Positions 61,120-64,000 of a DNA stretch of 64,000 bases are shown here, piece after piece (the first letter of the stretch is position 1; each line of letters starts with the position of its first letter). A program made the position numbers and the translations under genes. Origin of the DNA: Tubulanus polymorphus (taxonomy: Eukaryota; Animalia; Nemertea). The notes beneath the pieces were generated by a model. It was not told the DNA's origin. It searched no databases and saw only the letters and a program-made list of their open reading frames with translations. The stretch spans positions 20,608,560-20,672,559 of the forward strand of contig NC_134027.1 of assembly GCF_964204645.1 (NCBI RefSeq), in the 5' to 3' direction.

Positions 61120-64000
61120 TTCTTCTTACCCACACTTCGGACTTCGCTTGCCTCGGGCCAATTTTGTCGGTCCCAGAGAGTTAGACGAGGTTTACTGTAT
61201 AATATTTTGATTAACGCGCTTTCACATTGAATTCTGGAAGTTGGAAAGCTGCTGTCATATTAACGCCACGTTAAAACAAAGTTTTCTATATAATTTGGCA
61301 ATAAACGAAAAAGACCACGGTTAAACAAAAACGACCACGTTCGAATGAAAAAAGCAAACGCTAAAATGAAAAGAGACCATATGAAAATGAAAAGGGTTAT
61401 GCAGAAGAGATTGGTGGAAGCCGGGTGCAATATTTGTGGTTTTTTTATAATGGCCTGAATCAGCCACCCATATATCACAAATCGAAATGTTAATTGTCCT
61501 CTTAGAAAAAGCTTCGAGCTGAAAGAAGCGTTGCAATTCACGATGTTTTCAATATCTCCATCAAAACCGATGGCATATTGTCGACTGAATACTGAACTTC
61601 AATAAACTTAAACACAGTGAACGACGTTCGGAATTGTCATAGAATGAATTCAAAGTATCTTTTGACAATATTGATTTTGTAACCGAAAGTTTTTCTCAAA
61701 TGAAACAGTGAAAATACCAAATATTTACTGATGAATTTACAAACCTACTCAGAAAAATAGACGATGACAAAACCGCTATTTGAAATGCCGTTCGCAAAGT
61801 AAACGGTTTTACAAATTTCAAACTCAGGCGACTGATGGAAAACAAATACTCGAGCTCGCAGTAAATGAGACCATTCGTTGCACAACTTTGTTCGTAAAAA
61901 CGACCCTCACAACGGATACGTAGAAAATAGATATAATTCGGCGATTAGGAAACGATACAACATACATGTATTTCGACCGTTGTTCGAATCTTCGTGTTTG
62001 ACTGCTGTGTATTCACACGACAAACCAAATTGCATACACGCTCAATCCTTAAACAAGTGACTATTTCTTATTTCAGAATTCTTTAAAACAGATCAGTCTT
62101 TCATATACGTATGTATAGCTTCATAAGTTGGTTCTATTTGATGGAAAAAAACTGTTGTTAACAATTACCGTACCGTCATTAACGAATATTTATTGCAACG
62201 ATTGTAAACGATTTTCATTGGAAAGGTCAATCGAGGTTTTTTGGCTGAACCCGTCAAATAGGGGTATCCAGACCTTGGAATCCCTCTCAACCGTCATCGA
62301 TGTCTTCTTCTGCTTGGCATCACGACAAGACCCTTTCAAACCCACCCAAGGCGAGTCTTCTGCAGTGCATTGTCCTGCAAAGGTTACTTGTAACGACTAA
62401 ATTTAACGGGTTGCGTTTGTCACACTGGACAGCGGTGGGGAGCGGCTTCGTCGAATATTTTATAAGTGACAATATCCATAGCGTGTTGTAAGGCTTAGTT
62501 TGCTATCTTTCAATATATATTTAGCAATAATTTCGGGGTTCTTATAGCCACAACTCCACTCCCATATAATTAATGATTTAAATAATTACTTATCTATATC
62601 AATTAAGATATTGCATTGTGAAAACGTAACGCCATCTGTGTTTGTAATTTTGTTCAGTTTATTATTATTGTCATACAAGTGTAAACACTTTGACGAAATA
62701 AACATTATCATATTATATAATATCTGTTCATTATGGCTTTGTGTTAGCTATGCAGTTTAGAAGTGTATTCAGATATATCACATAATTACATTTATCAATT
62801 TCTAATTGTTTCTAATTATTATGATTGCTTCGGTTCGATTTCGGTTTTTTTGTCGAAAACGTTATCTTTATCGTCATCGTAGTAGAATAAAGTTACCCCC
62901 GTCAACCTTGCTTTGAACACCTCAGACTTGACTAAAAGAGACAAAAGGGAACTCATTTTTGATACTTTCTTACGTATTCTCCATTCCTTTACACGGACTT
63001 TGCTTCCCTCGGACCAATTTTGCCGGTCCCAGATTGTCCAATTTTGACGAGGTTTACTATATATATTTTGGTTGACGCGTTTTCACAATGAGTTCTGAAA
63101 GTCGGGAAGCTGCCGTCATATTAACAGCACAATAAAAAAAGTCAATCATTAAACAAAAAGACCATGTTGAAACGAAAAACGACCAGGTTGAAGTGAAAAA
63201 TGTAATACGCTTTGTTGTTTTTTTTCTCCGGATCAGCTACCAATATATTGTTAAAACAAATATTAATATTCCGCTAATGAAAAGCGTCGAGTTGAGAACA
63301 AAATGCCAAAATTCATTATGTTTTAATCTCTCCATCAAAATGTACGGCGTGCTGAGAGTAAATACTCAACGACTAAAAACTGAACTTCAATGAACAAAAA
63401 ACAGTGAGCGGCCTTTGGAATGGTCATAGAATAAATCTAGAGTGTCTTTTGAATCTTTTGATATAGTTGATTTTGTTACTGAAAGCCTCTCTCAGATACA
63501 ACGTTACAACTTTTGAATATTTGCTAATGCATTTACACAATCTATCCGGACAGACAGACACACGATGACAAAACCGCTATTTGAAGTCTATTTGAAAATA
63601 AATGGTTTTAAAAATATCGAACTGGGGTGACTGATGGAAAACAAAAATTCGAGATCACAGTGAATTAAATCATTCGTTGCAAAACTTTGTCCGTCAAAAA
63701 CTATCCTGACAACAAAGTAGGATACGTGCGTATTAAGAAACGACACAACGACAGATTTAAACCGCCGCTCGAATCTTCGAGTTCGACTGTTGTGCATTCA
63801 CAAAACAAGCAAATTTGTATTACATGTATATAAAATCATCACACTAGCAACTATCTAAATTTCAAATTACGGATCTTCTTAGAACTGTTCAGCTTCTCAA
63901 ATATGTCTAGCAAGTTCTTTTACGAGTTGTTTCCATTTGATGGACATGTTATTAACTGTTATTAACAGTCATTGACCCGTCGTAAATATTTCTCACAAAC
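61120..64000 (-). repeat. Diverged ~1.85-kb tandem duplication, possibly decayed gene 3' ends
   Basis: 61120-62050 is colinear with 62980-63820; the adjacent minus-strand stop-riddled peptides resemble each other. Confidence 0.65.

Overview
AT-rich, intron-containing animal genomic DNA, most likely a marine invertebrate (spiralian-like repeat content; species not determinable from the sequence). Four genes look intact: (1) a 1709-aa DEAH-box helicase-RRM/KH-RBR E3 ligase fusion with an intronless CDS (DEAH11/12-like, minus strand); (2) head-to-head with it, a 4-exon ZFTRAF1/CYHR1; (3) an intronless rhodopsin-class GPCR; (4) an 11-exon HBP1-like gene (AXH + HMG box) with unexpected N-terminal zinc fingers. 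Between them lies a decayed zone that the ORF track misses: a 5'-truncated, frameshifted SLC47A/MATE pseudogene interrupted exactly at a splice acceptor by a 4.25-kb long-TIR transposon, a 9-codon remnant of a second GPCR, and a probable Spindly-like pseudo-exon. The non-coding DNA is rich in non-autonomous elements: two Helentron/HINE families carrying tandem CTCF-like motifs, a P-like MITE in the presumed shared promoter, a 9-bp-TSD MITE with TF motifs, Penelope-like ends with hammerhead cores, 32-39 bp hairpin micro-elements with TSDs, SINEs and minisatellites. Exon models were read by eye from GT-AG sites and frame continuity. Homolog comparisons are from recalled family sequences, not database searches.
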